Positions 1 through 15,800 of a DNA stretch of 64,000 nt are shown piece after piece. Origin of the DNA: Antedon mediterranea (Eukaryota; Animalia; Echinodermata); contig NC_092677.1 of the NCBI RefSeq assembly GCF_964355755.1, positions 28,523,048-28,587,047 on the forward strand. The letters run 5' to 3'. Below the pieces are notes generated by a model, which saw only the letters and a list, made by a program, of their open reading frames with translations, was not told the origin of the DNA and ran no database searches. The position numbers and the translations under genes are program-made. The first letter of the stretch is position 1; each line of letters opens with the position of its first letter.

Positions 1-1780
1 TTGAACTACTCGGAACTAAACTGAACTACTCGTAACTACTCGGAACTTCTCAGAAATATTTGGAACTACTCGGAACTACTCTGAACTAACTAATCTGAAC
101 TACTCGGAACTATTCAGAAATATTCGGAAATACTCGGAACTTCTCGGAACTACTCGGAACTACTCGAAACTACTCGAAACTACTCAAAACTACTCGAAAC
201 TACTCGGAACTACTAGGAACTACTCGAAACTACTCGGAACTACTCGGAACTACTCGGAACTACTCGTAACTACTCGTCATTACTCGGGACTACTCGGAAA
301 TACTCGGAACTTATCCGAACTTATCGGAACTACTCGGAACTACTAGGAACTACTCGGAACTAAACTGAACTACTCAAAACTTCTCAGAAATATTTGGAAC
401 TACTCGGAACTACTTTGAACTAACTAATCTGAACTACTCGGAACTACTCGGAATTATTCGAAAATACTCGGAACTACTCGGAACTTCTCGGAACTACTCG
501 TAACTACTCGTCATTATTCGGAACTACTCGGAACTACTCGGAAATACTCGGAACTTATCGGAACTACTCGAAACTACTCGGAACTACTCGGAACTATTTT
601 GAACTACTCGGAACTAAACTGAACTACTCGTAACTACTCGGAACTTCTCAGAAATATTTGGAACTACTCGGAACTACTCTCAACTAACTAATCTGAACTA
701 CTCGGAACTATTCAGAAATATTCGGAAATACTCGGAAATACTCGGAACTTCTCGGAACTACTCGAAACTACTCGAAACTGCTAGAAACTACTCGGAACTA
801 CTAGGAACTACTCGAAACTACTCGGAACTACTCGGAACTTCTCGGAACTACTCGTAACTACTCGTCATTACTCTGGACTACTCGGAAATACTCGGAACTA
901 CTCGGAAATACTCGGAACTTATCCGAACTTATCGGAACTACTCGGAACTTATCGGAACTACTCGGAACTACTCAAAACTACTCGGAACTACTCGGAACTA
1001 CTAGGAACTACTCGAAACTATTTGGAACTACTCGGAACTAAACTGAACTACTCGGAACTACTCGGAACTTCTCAGAAATATTTGGAACTACTCGGAACTA
1101 CTCTGAACTAACTAATCTGAACTAATCTGAACTACTCGGAACTATTCAGAAATACTCGGAACTATCGGAACTACTAGGAACTTCTCAGAACTACTCTAAA
1201 CTACTCTGAACTATTCGGAACTATTCGGAACTACTCAGCACTACTCGGAACTACTCGGAACTTCTCGGAACTACTCGGAACTTCTCGGATCTACCGGAAC
1301 TACTCGGAGCTACTCGGAACTACTCGGAACTACTCGGAAATACTCGGAACTTATCGGAACTTATTGGAACTACTCGGAACTACTCGGAACTACTAGGAAC
1401 TACTCGGAACTACTGGGAACTAAACTGAACTACTCGGAACTTCTCAGAAATATTCGGAACTACTCGGAACTACTCTGAACTAACTAATCTGAATTAATCT
1501 GAACTACTCGGAACTACTCGGAACTTCTCGGAACTACTCGTCATTATTCGGAACTACTCGGAACTTATTCGAACTTATCGGAACTACTTGGAACTACTAG
1601 GAACTACTAGGAAGTACTCGGAACTACTCAGAACTACTCGGAACTAAACTGAACTACTCGGAACTACTCGGAACTTCTCAGAAATATTTGGAACTACTCT
1701 GAACTAACTAATCTGAACTAAACTGAACTACTCGGAACTATTCGGAAATACTCGGAACTACTCGGAACTACTCGTAACTA

Positions 1781-2596
1781 CCGTATATTTCGGTGTATAA
1801 GTCGCACCTGTGTATAAGACGCACCCTCTAACTGAGAGTAAAATATCTGTATTTTTTATATCGTCGGTGTATAAGACGAACCTTATATTTCATCAAAACA
1901 ATGTTTTTTTAAATTGTAATCAATATTAATATTATTGTAATAATATATTTTGTTATATCTGCAACGGCGTCCTTTATTTAGGTTTTTTCTTACCTAGGCT
2001 CGGCCGCGCCCAGCCTCAACAGCCGCAACATCGAGTGCATGACCGTGTGTGTAACACGTACGTGTGGGCTAGTCTCGCTCGATCATTTCGAGAGGGCGCA
2101 CGTTTTCACGGACAATCGTATTCGATTAGTATCTATGTATCCGAGAAGTGTGTACGCTAGGTCCATGCTATAATCACCTGGAGAATATACTAGTCGATTA
2201 CCGTACACCATGTGGCCGCCAAGAAGGGCTTGCGCTGGGGGTACGGCGATCGTATGTATAACTACTGTATAAATAAATACTATTCCAATCGTACGTAAAC
2301 GTTTACAAATGAAATTTTATCGCAATAATGAACAAATCTTTTCATCATATTTAGTATAACATCATGCTAAAATGCCTTGAAAACTAGGCAGAAGCAGGTT
2401 GCCGTTACGTTAGTTAGTTACTGTAGCTAGGCCTAGCCTACTCAGGCCTACCAAACGAGCTGACGATAGCCTAGCTAGGCCTGACCTATGTAAAATCTGT
2501 GTGGTGAGGCATTTATATTCGGTTTATAAGACACACCCTTAATTTAGAGGTCAAATTTGCGTGTCAAAAGTGCGACTTATACACCGAAATATACAG
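1781..2596. mobile_element. Non-autonomous Tc1/mariner-superfamily MITE (Tc2/pogo-like), copy 1
   Basis: 27-bp TIRs CCGTATATTTCGGTGTATAAGTCGCAC / GTGCGACTTATACACCGAAATATACAG (1 mismatch); TA duplicated at 1779-1780 and 2597-2598; subterminal GTGTATAAGACG-like repeats; no ORF. Removing it restores the satellite (CTCGTAAC-TA-CTCGAAAC). Confidence 0.92.
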
Positions 2597-5500
2597 TACT
2601 CGAAACTTCTCGGAACTACTCGGAACTACCGGAACTACTCGGAATTACTCGGAACTACTCGGAAATACTCGGAACTAATCGGAACTTATCGGAACTAACT
2701 AATCTGAATTAATCTGAACTACTCGGAACTACTCAGAATTACTAGGAAATACTCGGAACTTATCGTAACTACTCGGAAATACTCGGAACTACTCGGAACT
2801 AAACTAAACTACTCGGAACTACTCGAAACTACTCGGAACTTCTCAGAAATATTTGGAACTACTCAGAACTACTCTGAACTAACTAATCTGAACTACTCGG
2901 AACTACTCGGAACTTCTCATAAATATTTGGAAGTACTCTGAACTAACTAATATGAACTAATCTGAACTACTCGGAGCTACTCGAAACTACTCGGAACTTC
3001 TCAGAAATATTTGGAACTACTCGGAACTACTCTGAACTAACTAATCTGAACTACTCGGAACTACTCGGAACTTCTCATAAATATTTGGAAGTACTCTGAA
3101 CTAACTAATATGAACTAATCTGAACTACTCGGAACTACTGGGAACTACTCGGAACTGCTCTGAACTGCTCGGAACTACTCTGTACTACTCGGAACTACTC
3201 TGTACTACTCGGAACTACTCGTCATTATTCGGAACTACTCGGAAATACTCGGAACTACTCGGAAATACTCGGAACTACTCGGAAATACTCGGAACTACGC
3301 GGAAATACTCGGAAATACTCGGAACTACTTGGAACTACTCGGAACTACTCAGAAATACTCGGAACTTATCGGAGCTACTCGGAAATACTCGGAAATACTC
3401 GGAACTACTCGTCACAACTTGTCACAACTCGTCACTACTTGGAATTACTCGGAATTACTCGTAACTTCTCAGAACTACTCGGAACTACTCGGAACTGCTC
3501 GGAACTACTCTGTACTACTCGGAACTACTCGTCATTATTCGGAACTACTCGGAAATACTCGGAACTACTCGGAAATACTCGGAACTACTCGGAAATACTC
3601 GGAAATACTCGGAACTACTCGGAACTACTCAGAAATACTCGGAACTTATCGGAGCTACTCGGAAATACTCGGAAATACTCGGAACTACTCGTCACAACTT
3701 GTCACAACTCGTCACTACTTGTCACTACTTGGAATTACTCGGAATTACTCGTAACTTCTCAGAACTACTCTGAACTACCGGAACTACTCGAAACTACTCG
3801 AAACTTCTCGGAACTATTCGAAACTGCTCGGAACTACTCTGAACTACTCGTCAATATTAACTACTCGTCAATATTCTTAACTACTCGGAAGTACTCGGAA
3901 ATACTCTGAACTTATCGGAACTACTCGGAAATACTCGGAACTACTCGGAACTACTCGGAACTTTTTGGAACTACTCGGAACGACTCGGAACTACTCGGGA
4001 CTTCTCAGAACAACTCGGAACTACTCGTCAATATTCGGAACTATTTGGAACTACTCGGAATTACTTGGAACTACTCGGATCTCCTTGTAACAACTCGGGA
4101 CTACTCTGAACTACTCTGAACTACTCTGAACTATTCGGAACTACTCGGAACTACTCGGCACTACTCGGCACTACTCAGAACTTCTCGGAACTACTCGGAA
4201 CTACCGGGAACTACTCGGAAATACTCGGAACTACTCGGAACTACTATGAACTACTCGGAACTACTCGAAACTAAACTGAACTACTCGGAACTACTCGGAA
4301 CTTCTCGGAACTTCTCAGAAATATTTGGAACTACTCGGAACTACTGTAAACTAACTAATCTGAATTAATTTGAACTACTCGGAACTACTCGGAACTTCTC
4401 GGAACTACTCGTCATTATTCGAAACTACTCGGAACTACTCGGAACTTCTCAGAAATATTTAGAACTACTCGGAACTACTCTGAACTAACTAATCTTAACT
4501 AAACTGAACTAAACTGAACTACTCGAAACTATTCGGAAATACTCTGAACTATTGGAACTACTCGGAACTTCTTGAAACTACTCTGAACTACTCTGAACTA
4601 CTCGGAACTATTCGGAACTACTCGGAACTACTCGGCACTACTCGGAACTACTTGGAACTTCTTGGAATTACTCAAAACTTCTCGGAACTACTCGGAAGTA
4701 CCGGAACTACTCGGAATTACTCGGAACTACTCAGAACTACTCGGAAATACTCGGAACTTATCGGAACTAACTAATCTGAATTAATCTGAACTACTCGGAA
4801 CTACTCGGAACTACTCGGAACTACTCGTAACTTATCAGAACTTATCGGAACTACTCGGAAATACTCGGAACTAAACTGAACTACTCGAAACTACTCGGAA
4901 CTTCTAAGAAATATTTGGAACTACTCTGAACTAACTAATCTGAACTAAACTGAACTACTCGGAACTACTCGGAACTTCTCATAAATATTTGGAAGTACTC
5001 TGAACTAACTAATATGAACTAATCTGAACTACTCGGAACTATTTGGAACTACTCGGAACGACTCGGAACTACTCGGGACTACTCAGGACTTCTCGGAAGT
5101 ACTCGGAAGTAATTGGAACTACACAGAACTACTCGGAACTACTCAGAACTACTCGAAACTTCTCAGAACAACTCGGAACTACTCGTCAATATTCGAAACT
5201 ATTTGGAACTACTCGGAATTACTCGGAACTACTCGGATCTCCGTGTAACAACTCGGAACTACTCGGGACTACTCGGGACTACTCTGAACTACTCTGAACT
5301 ATTCGGAACTACTCGGCACTACTCGGAACTTCTCAGAACTACTCGGAACTTCTCGGAACTACCGGAACTACTCGGAACTACTCGGAAATACTCGGAACTT
5401 ATCGGAACTTATCGGAACTACTCGGAACTACTAGGAACGACTCGGAACTACTCGGAACTAAACTGAACTACTCGGAACTACTCGGAACTTCTCAGAAATA

Positions 5501-8500
5501 TTTGGAACTACTCGGAACTACTCTGAACTAACTAATCTGAATTAATCTGAACTACTCGGAACAACTCGGAACTACTCGCAACTTCTCGGAACTACTCGTC
5601 ATTATTCGGAACTACTCGGAAATACTCGGAACTACTCGGAACTTATTGGAACTTATCGAAACTACTCGGAAATACTCAGAACTACTCGGAACTACTCTGA
5701 ACTAACTAATCTGAACTAAACTGAACTACTCGAAACTATTCGGAATACTTGGAAATACTCGGAACTAGTGGAACTACTCGGAACTTCTCGGAATTACTCT
5801 GAACTACTCTGTACTACTCGGAACTACTCGGCACTACTCGGAACTACTCGGAAATACTGGGAAATTATCGGAACTAACTAATCTGAATTAATCTGAACTA
5901 CTCGGAACTACTCGGAAATACTCGTAACTTATCGGAACTTATCGGAACTACTCGGAAATACTCGGAACTAAACTGAACTACTCGAAACTACTCGGAACTT
6001 CTAAGAAATATTTGGAACTACTCTGAACTAACTAATCTGAACTAAACTGAACTACTCGGAAATACTCGGAACTACTCGGAACTACTTGGAACTACTGTAA
6101 ACTAACTAATCTGAATTAATTTGAACTACTCGGAACTACTCGGAACTTCTCGGAACTACTCGTCATTATTCGGAACTACTCGGAACTTCTCAGAAATATT
6201 TAGAACTACTCGGAACTACTCTGAACTAACTAATCTGAACTAAATTGAACTAAACTGAACTACTCGAAACTATTCGGAAATACTCGGAACTTCTTGAAAC
6301 TACTCGGAACTTCTTGAAACTACTCTGAACTACTCTGAACTATTCGGAACTACTCGGAACTACTCGGCACTACTCGGAACTACTTGGAACTTCTTGGAAT
6401 TACTCAAAACTTCTCGGAACTACTCAGAAGTACCGGAACTACTCGGAATTACTCGGAACTACTCGAAACTAAACTGAACTACTCGGAACTACTCGGAACT
6501 TCTCAGAAATATTTGGAACTACTCGGAACTACTGTAAACTAACTAATCTGAATTAATTTGAACTACTCGGAACTTCTCAGAACTACTCGTCATTATTCGG
6601 AACTACTCGGAACTACTCGGAACTTCTCAGAAATATTTAGAACTACTCGGAACTACTCTGAACTAACTAATGTGAACTAAACTGAACTAAACTGAACTAC
6701 TCGAAACTATTCGGAAATACTCGGAAATACTCGGAACTATTGGAACTACTCGGAACTTTTTGAAACTACTCTGAACTATTCGGAACTACTCGGAACTACT
6801 CGGCACTACTCGGCACTACTCGGAACTACTTGGAACTTCTTGGAATTACTCAAAAGTTCTCGGAACTACTCGGAAGTACCGGAACTACTCGGAATTACTC
6901 GGAACTACTCGGAAATACTCGGAACTTATCGGAACTAACTAATCTGAATTAATCTGAACTACTCGGAACTACTCGGAACTACTCGGAACTACTCGGAACT
7001 ACTCTGAACTACTCGGAAATACTCGGAACTTATCAGAACTTATCGGAACTACTCGGAAATACTCGGAACTAAACTGAACTACTCGAAACTACTCGGAACT
7101 TCTAAGAAATATTTGGAACTACTCTGAACTAACTAATCTGAACTAAACTGAACTACTCGGAACTACTCGGAACTTCTCATAAATATTTAGAAGTACTCTG
7201 AACTAACTAATATGAACTAATCTGAACTACTCGGAACTATTTGGAACTACTCGGAACGACTCGGAACTACTCGGGACTACTCAGGACTTCTCGGAAGTAC
7301 TCGGAAGTAATTGGAACTACACAGAACTACTCGGAACTACTCGGAACTACTCAGAACTACTCGAAACTTCTCAGAACAACTCGGAACTACTCGTCAATAT
7401 TCGAAACTATTTGGAACTACTCGGAATTACTCGGAACTACTCGGATTTCCGTGTAACAACTCGGAACTACTCGGGACTACTCGGGACTACTCTGAACTAC
7501 TCTGAACTACTCTGAACTATTCGGAACTACTCGGCACTACTCGGAACTTCTCAGAACTACTCGGAACTTCTCGGAACTACCGGAACTACTCAGAAATACT
7601 CGGAACTTATCGGAACTTATCGGAACTACTAGGAACTACTCGGAACTACTCGGAACTAAACTGAACTACTCGGAACTACTCGGAACTACTCGGAACTTCT
7701 CAGAAATATTTGGAACTACTCGGAACTACTCTGAACTAACTAATCTGAATTAATCTGAACTACTCGGAACAACTCGGAACTACTCGGAACTACTCGCAAC
7801 TTCTCGGAACTACTCGTCATTATTCGGAACTACTCGGAAATACTCGGAACTTATTGGAACTTATCGGAACTACTCGGAAATACTCAGAACTACTCGGAAC
7901 TACTCTGAACTAACTAATCTGAACTAAACTGAACTACTCGAAACTATTCGGAATACTTGGAAATACTCTGAACTATTGGAACTACTCGGAACTTCTCGGA
8001 ACTACTCTGAACTACTCTGTACTACTCGGAACTACTCGGCACTACTCGGAACTACTCGGAAATACTGGGAAATTATCGGAACTAACTAATCTGAATTAAT
8101 CTGAACTACTCGGAACTACTCGGAAATACTCGGAACTTATCCGAACTTATCGGAACTACTCGGAACTACTAGGAACTACTCGGAACTAAACTGAACTACT
8201 CGAACTACTCAAAACTTCTCAGAAATATTTGGAACTACTCGGAACTACTTTGAACTAACTAATCTGAACTACTCGGAACTACTCGGAATTTTTCGAAAAT
8301 ACTCGGAACTACTCAGAACTTCTCTGAACTACTCGTAACTACTCGTCATTATTCGGAACTACTCGGAACTACTCGGAAATACTCGGAACTTATCGGAACT
8401 ACTCGAAACTACTCGGAACTACTCGGAACTAAACTGAACTACTCGTAACTACTCGGAACTTCTCAGAAATATTTGGAACTACTCGGAACTACTCTGAACT

Positions 8501-11500
8501 AACTAATCTGAACTACTCGGAACTATTCAGAAATATTCGGAAATACTCGGAACTTCTCGGAACTACTCGGAACTACTCGAAACTACTCGAAACTACTCGG
8601 AACTACTCGGAACTTCTCGGAACTACTCGTAACTACTCGTCATTACTCGGGACTACTCGGAAATACTCGGAACTTATCCGAACTTATCGGAACTACTCGG
8701 AACTACTAGGAACTACTCGGAACTAAACTGAACTACTCAAAACTTCTCAGAAATATTTTGAACTACTCGGAACTACTTTGAACTAACTAATCTGAACTAC
8801 TCGGAATTATTCGAAAATACTCGGAACTACTCGGAACTTCTCGGAACTACTCGTAACTACTCGTCATTATTCGGAACTACTCGGAACTACTCGGAAATAC
8901 TCGGAACTTATCGGAACTACTCGAAACTACTCGGAACTACTCGGAACTATTTTGAACTACTCGGAACTAAACTGAACTACTCGTAACTACTCGGAACTTC
9001 TCAGAAATATTTGGAACTACTCGGAACTACTCTCAACTAACTAATCTGAACTACTCGGAACTATTCAGAAATATTCGGAAATACTCGGAAATACTCGGAA
9101 CTTCTCGGAACTACTCGGAACTACTCGAAACTACTCAAAACTACTCAAAACTGCTAGAAACTACTCGGAACTACTCGAAACTACTCGGAACTACTCGGAA
9201 CTTCTCGGAACTACTCGTAACTACTCGTCATTACTCTGGACTACTCGGAAATACTCGGAACTACTCGGAAATACTCGGAACTTATCCGAACTTATCGGAA
9301 CTACTCGGAACTACTCGGAACTACTCAAAACTACTCGGAACTACTCGGAACTACTAGGAACTACTCGAAACTATTTGGAACTACTCGGAACTAAACTGAA
9401 CTACTCGGAACTACTCGGAACTTCTCAGAAATATTTGGAACTACTCGGAACTACTCTGAACTAACTAATCTGAACTAATCTGAACTACTCGGAACTATTC
9501 AGAAATACTCGGAACTATCGGAACTACTAGGAACTTTTCAGAACTACTCTAAACTACTCTGAACTATTCGGAACTATTCGGAACTACTCAGCACTACTCG
9601 GAACTACTCGGAACTTCTCGGAACTACTCGGAACTTCTCGGATCTACCGGAACTACTCGGAGCTACTCGGAACTACTCGGAACTACTCGGAAATACTCGG
9701 AACTTATCGGAACTTATTGGAACTACTCGGAACTACTCGGAACTACTAGGAACTACTCGGAACTACTGGGAACTAAACTGAACTACTCGGAACTTCTCAG
9801 AAATATTAGGAACTACTCGGAACTACTCTGAACTAACTAATCTGAATTAATCTGAACTACTCGGAACTACTCAGAACTTCTCGGAACTACTCAACATTAT
9901 TCGGAACTACTCGGAACTTATTCGAACTTATCGGAACTACTCGGAAATACTCGGAAATACTCGGAACTTATCCGAACTTATCGGAACTACTCGGAACTAC
10001 TAGGAACTACTCGGAACTAAACTGAACTACTCGAACTACTCAAAACTTCTCAGAAATATTTGGAACTACTCGGAACTACTCTGAATTTTTCGAAAATACT
10101 CGGAACTACTCAGAAATTCTCTGAACTACTCGTAACTACTCGTCATTATTCGGAACTACTCGGAAATACTCGGAACTTATCGGAACTACTCGAAACTACT
10201 CGGAACTACTCGGAACTATTTTGAACTACTCGGAACTAAACTGAACTACTCGTAACTACTCGGAACTTCTCAGAAATATTTGGAACTACTCGGAACTACT
10301 CTGAACTAACTAATCTGAACTACTCGGAACTATTCAGAAATATTCGGAAATACTCGGAACTTCTCGGAACTACTCGGAACTACTCGAAACTACTCGAAAC
10401 TACTCAAAACTACTCGAAACTACTCGGAACTACTAGGAACTACTCGAAACTACTCGGAACTACTCGGAACTTCTCGGAACTACTCGTAACTACTCGTCAT
10501 TACTCGGGACTACTCGGAAATACTCGGAACTTATCCGAACTTATCGGAACTACTCGGAACTACTAGGAACTACTCGGAACTAAACTGAACTACTCAAAAC
10601 TTCTCAGAAATATTTGGAACTACTCGGAACTACTTTGAACTAACTAATCTGAACTACTCGGAACTACTCGGAATTATTCGAAAATACTCGGAACTACTCG
10701 GAACTTCTCGGAACTACTCGTAACTACTCGTCATTATTCGGAACTACTCGGAACTACTCGGAAATACTCGGAACTTATCGGAACTACTCGAAACTACTCG
10801 GAACTACTCGGAACTATTTTGAACTACTCGGAACTAAACTGAACTACTCGTAACTACTCGGAACTTCTCAGAAATATTTGGAACTACTCGGAACTACTCT
10901 CAACTAACTAATCTGAACTACTCGGAACTATTCAGAAATATTCGGAAATACTCGGAAATACTCGGAACTTCTCGGAACTACTCGAAACTACTCGAAACTG
11001 CTAGAAACTACTCGGAACTACTAGGAACTACTCGAAACTACTCGGAACTACTCGGAACTTCTCGGAACTACTCGTAACTACTCGTCATTACTCTGGACTA
11101 CTCGGAAATACTCGGAACTACTCGGAAATACTCGGAACTTATCCGAACTTATCGGAACTACTCGGAACTTATCGGAACTACTCGGAACTACTCAAAACTA
11201 CTCGGAACTACTCGGAACTACTAGGAACTACTCGAAACTATTTGGAACTACTCGGAACTAAACTGAACTACTCGGAACTACTCGGAACTTCTCAGAAATA
11301 TTTGGAACTACTCGGAACTACTCTGAACTAACTAATCTGAACTAATCTGAACTACTCGGAACTATTCAGAAATACTCGGAACTATCGGAACTACTAGGAA
11401 CTTCTCAGAACTACTCTAAACTACTCTGAACTATTCGGAACTATTCGGAACTACTCAGCACTACTCGGAACTACTCGGAACTTCTCGGAACTACTCGGAA

Positions 11501-12000
11501 CTTCTCGGATCTACCGGAACTACTCGGAGCTACTCGGAACTACTCGGAACTACTCGGAAATACTCGGAACTTATCGGAACTTATTGGAACTACTCGGAAC
11601 TACTCGGAACTACTAGGAACTACTCGGAACTACTGGGAACTAAACTGAACTACTCGGAACTTCTCAGAAATATTCGGAACTACTCGGAACTACTCTGAAC
11701 TAACTAATCTGAATTAATCTGAACTACTCGGAACTACTCGGAACTTCTCGGAACTACTCGTCATTATTCGGAACTACTCGGAACTTATTCGAACTTATCG
11801 GAACTACTTGGAACTACTAGGAACTACTAGGAAGTACTCGGAACTACTCAGAACTACTCGGAACTAAACTGAACTACTCGGAACTACTCGGAACTTCTCA
11901 GAAATATTTGGAACTACTCTGAACTAACTAATCTGAACTAAACTGAACTACTCGGAACTATTCGGAAATACTCGGAACTACTCGGAACTACTCGTAACTA

Positions 12001-12816
12001 CCGTATATTTCGGTGTATAAGTCGCACCTGTGTATAAGACGCACCCTCTAACTGAGAGTAAAATATCTGTATTTTTTATATCGTCGGTGTATAAGACGAA
12101 CCTTATATTTCATCAAAACAATGTTTTTTTAAATTGTAATCAATATTAATATTATTGTAATAATATATTTTGTTATATCTGCAACGGCGTCCTTTATTTA
12201 GGTTTTTTCTTACCTAGGCTCGGCCGCGCCCAGCCTCAACAGCCGCAACATCGAGTGCATGACCGTGTGTGTAACACGTACGTGTGGGCTAGTCTCGCTC
12301 GATCATTTCGAGAGGGCGCACGTTTTCACGGACAATCGTATTCGATTAGTATCTATGTATCCGAGAAGTGTGTACGCTAGGTCCATGCTATAATCACCTG
12401 GAGAATATACTAGTCGATTACCGTACACCATGTGGCCGCCAAGAAGGGCTTGCGCTGGGGGTACGGCGATCGTATGTATAACTACTGTATAAATAAATAC
12501 TATTCCAATCGTACGTAAACGTTTACAAATGAAATTTTATCGCAATAATGAACAAATCTTTTCATCATATTTAGTATAACATCATGCTAAAATGCCTTGA
12601 AAACTAGGCAGAAGCAGGTTGCCGTTACGTTAGTTAGTTACTGTAGCTAGGCCTAGCCTACTCAGGCCTACCAAACGAGCTGACGATAGCCTAGCTAGGC
12701 CTGACCTATGTAAAATCTGTGTGGTGAGGCATTTATATTCGGTTTATAAGACACACCCTTAATTTAGAGGTCAAATTTGCGTGTCAAAAGTGCGACTTAT
12801 ACACCGAAATATACAG
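12001..12816. mobile_element. Tc2/pogo-like MITE, copy 2
   Basis: Same TIRs, TA TSD, internal sequence and flanks as copy 1; offset 10220 bp. Confidence 0.92.
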
Positions 12817-15800
12817 TACTCGAAACTTCTCGGAACTACTCGGAACTACCGGAACTACTCGGAATTACTCGGAACTACTCGGAAATACTCGGAACTAATC
12901 GGAACTTATCGGAACTAACTAATCTGAATTAATCTGAACTACTCGGAACTACTCAGAATTACTAGGAAATACTCGGAACTTATCGTAACTACTCGGAAAT
13001 ACTCGGAACTACTCGGAACTAAACTAAACTACTCGGAACTACTCGAAACTACTCGGAACTTCTCAGAAATATTTGGAACTACTCAGAACTACTCTGAACT
13101 AACTAATCTGAACTACTCGGAACTACTCGGAACTTCTCATAAATATTTGGAAGTACTCTGAACTAACTAATATGAACTAATCTGAACTACTCGGAGCTAC
13201 TCGAAACTACTCGGAACTTCTCAGAAATATTTGGAACTACTCGGAACTACTCTGAACTAACTAATCTGAACTACTCGGAACTACTCGGAACTTCTCATAA
13301 ATATTTGGAAGTACTCTGAACTAACTAATATGAACTAATCTGAACTACTCGGAACTACTGGGAACTACTCGGAACTGCTCTGAACTGCTCGGAACTACTC
13401 TGTACTACTCGGAACTACTCTGTACTACTCGGAACTACTCGTCATTATTCGGAACTACTCGGAAATACTCGGAACTACTCGGAAATACTCGGAACTACTC
13501 GGAAATACTCGGAACTACTCGGAAATACTCGGAAATACTCGGAACTACTTGGAACTACTCGGAACTACTCAGAAATACTCGGAACTTATCGGAGCTACTC
13601 GGAAATACTCGGAAATACTCGGAACTACTCGTCACAACTTGTCACAACTCGTCACTACTTGGAATTACTCGGAATTACTCGTAACTTCTCAGAACTACTC
13701 GGAACTACTCGGAACTGCTCGGAACTACTCTGTACTACTCGGAACTACTCGTCATTATTCGGAACTACTCGGAAATACTCGGAACTACTCGGAAATACTC
13801 GGAACTACTCGGAAATACTCGGAAATACTCGGAACTACTCGGAACTACTCAGAAATACTCGGAACTTATCGGAGCTACTCGGAAATACTCGGAAATACTC
13901 GGAACTACTCGTCACAACTTGTCACAACTCGTCACTACTTGTCACTACTTGGAATTACTCGGAATTACTCGTAACTTCTCAGAACTACTCTGAACTACCG
14001 GAACTACTCGAAACTACTCGAAACTTCTCGGAACTATTCGAAACTGCTCGGAACTACTCTGAACTACTCGTCAATATTAACTACTCGTCAATATTCTTAA
14101 CTACTCGGAAGTACTCGGAAATACTCTGAACTTATCGGAACTACTCGGAAATACTCGGAACTACTCGGAACTACTCGGAACTTTTTGGAACTACTCGGAA
14201 CGACTCGGAACTACTCGGGACTTCTCAGAACAACTCGGAACTACTCGTCAATATTCGGAACTATTTGGAACTACTCGGAATTACTTGGAACTACTCGGAT
14301 CTCCTTGTAACAACTCGGGACTACTCTGAACTACTCTGAACTACTCTGAACTATTCGGAACTACTCGGAACTACTCGGCACTACTCGGCACTACTCAGAA
14401 CTTCTCGGAACTACTCGGAACTACCGGGAACTACTCGGAAATACTCGGAACTACTCGGAACTACTATGAACTACTCGGAACTACTCGAAACTAAACTGAA
14501 CTACTCGGAACTACTCGGAACTTCTCGGAACTTCTCAGAAATATTTGGAACTACTCGGAACTACTGTAAACTAACTAATCTGAATTAATTTGAACTACTC
14601 GGAACTACTCGGAACTTCTCGGAACTACTCGTCATTATTCGAAACTACTCGGAACTACTCGGAACTTCTCAGAAATATTTAGAACTACTCGGAACTACTC
14701 TGAACTAACTAATCTTAACTAAACTGAACTAAACTGAACTACTCGAAACTATTCGGAAATACTCTGAACTATTGGAACTACTCGGAACTTCTTGAAACTA
14801 CTCTGAACTACTCTGAACTACTCGGAACTATTCGGAACTACTCGGCACTACTCGGAACTACTCGGAACTACTCGGAAGTACCGGAACTACTCGGAATTAC
14901 TCGGAACTACTCGGAACTACTCGGAAATACTCGGAACTTATCGGAACTAACTAATCTGAATTAATCTGAACTACTCGGAACTACTCGGAACTACTCGGAA
15001 CTACTCGTAACTTATCAGAACTTATCGGAACTACTCGGAAATACTCGGAACTAAACTGAACTACTCGAAACTACTCGGAACTTCTAAGAAATATTTGGAA
15101 CTACTCTGAACTAACTAATCTGAACTAAACTGAACTACTCGGAACTACTCGGAACTTCTCATAAATATTTGGAAGTACTCTGAACTAACTAATATGAACT
15201 AATCTGAACTACTCGGAACTATTTGGAACTACTCGGAACGACTCGGAACTACTCGGGACTACTCAGGACTTCTCGGAAGTACTCGGAAGTAATTGGAACT
15301 ACACAGAACTACTCGGAACTACTCAGAACTACTCGAAACTTCTCAGAACAACTCGGAACTACTCGTCAATATTCGAAACTATTTGGAACTACTCGGAATT
15401 ACTCGGAACTACTCGGATCTCCGTGTAACAACTCGGAACTACTCGGGACTACTCGGGACTACTCTGAACTACTCTGAACTATTCGGAACTACTCGGCACT
15501 ACTCGGAACTTCTCAGAACTACTCGGAACTTCTCGGAACTACCGGAACTACTCGGAACTACTCGGAAATACTCGGAACTTATCGGAACTTATCGGAACTA
15601 CTCGGAACTACTAGGAACGACTCGGAACTACTCGGAACTAAACTGAACTACTCGGAACTACTCGGAACTTCTCAGAAATATTTGGAACTACTCGGAACTA
15701 CTCTGAACTAACTAATCTGAATTAATCTGAACTACTCGGAACAACTCGGAACTACTCGCAACTTCTCGGAACTACTCGTCATTATTCGGAACTACTCGGA

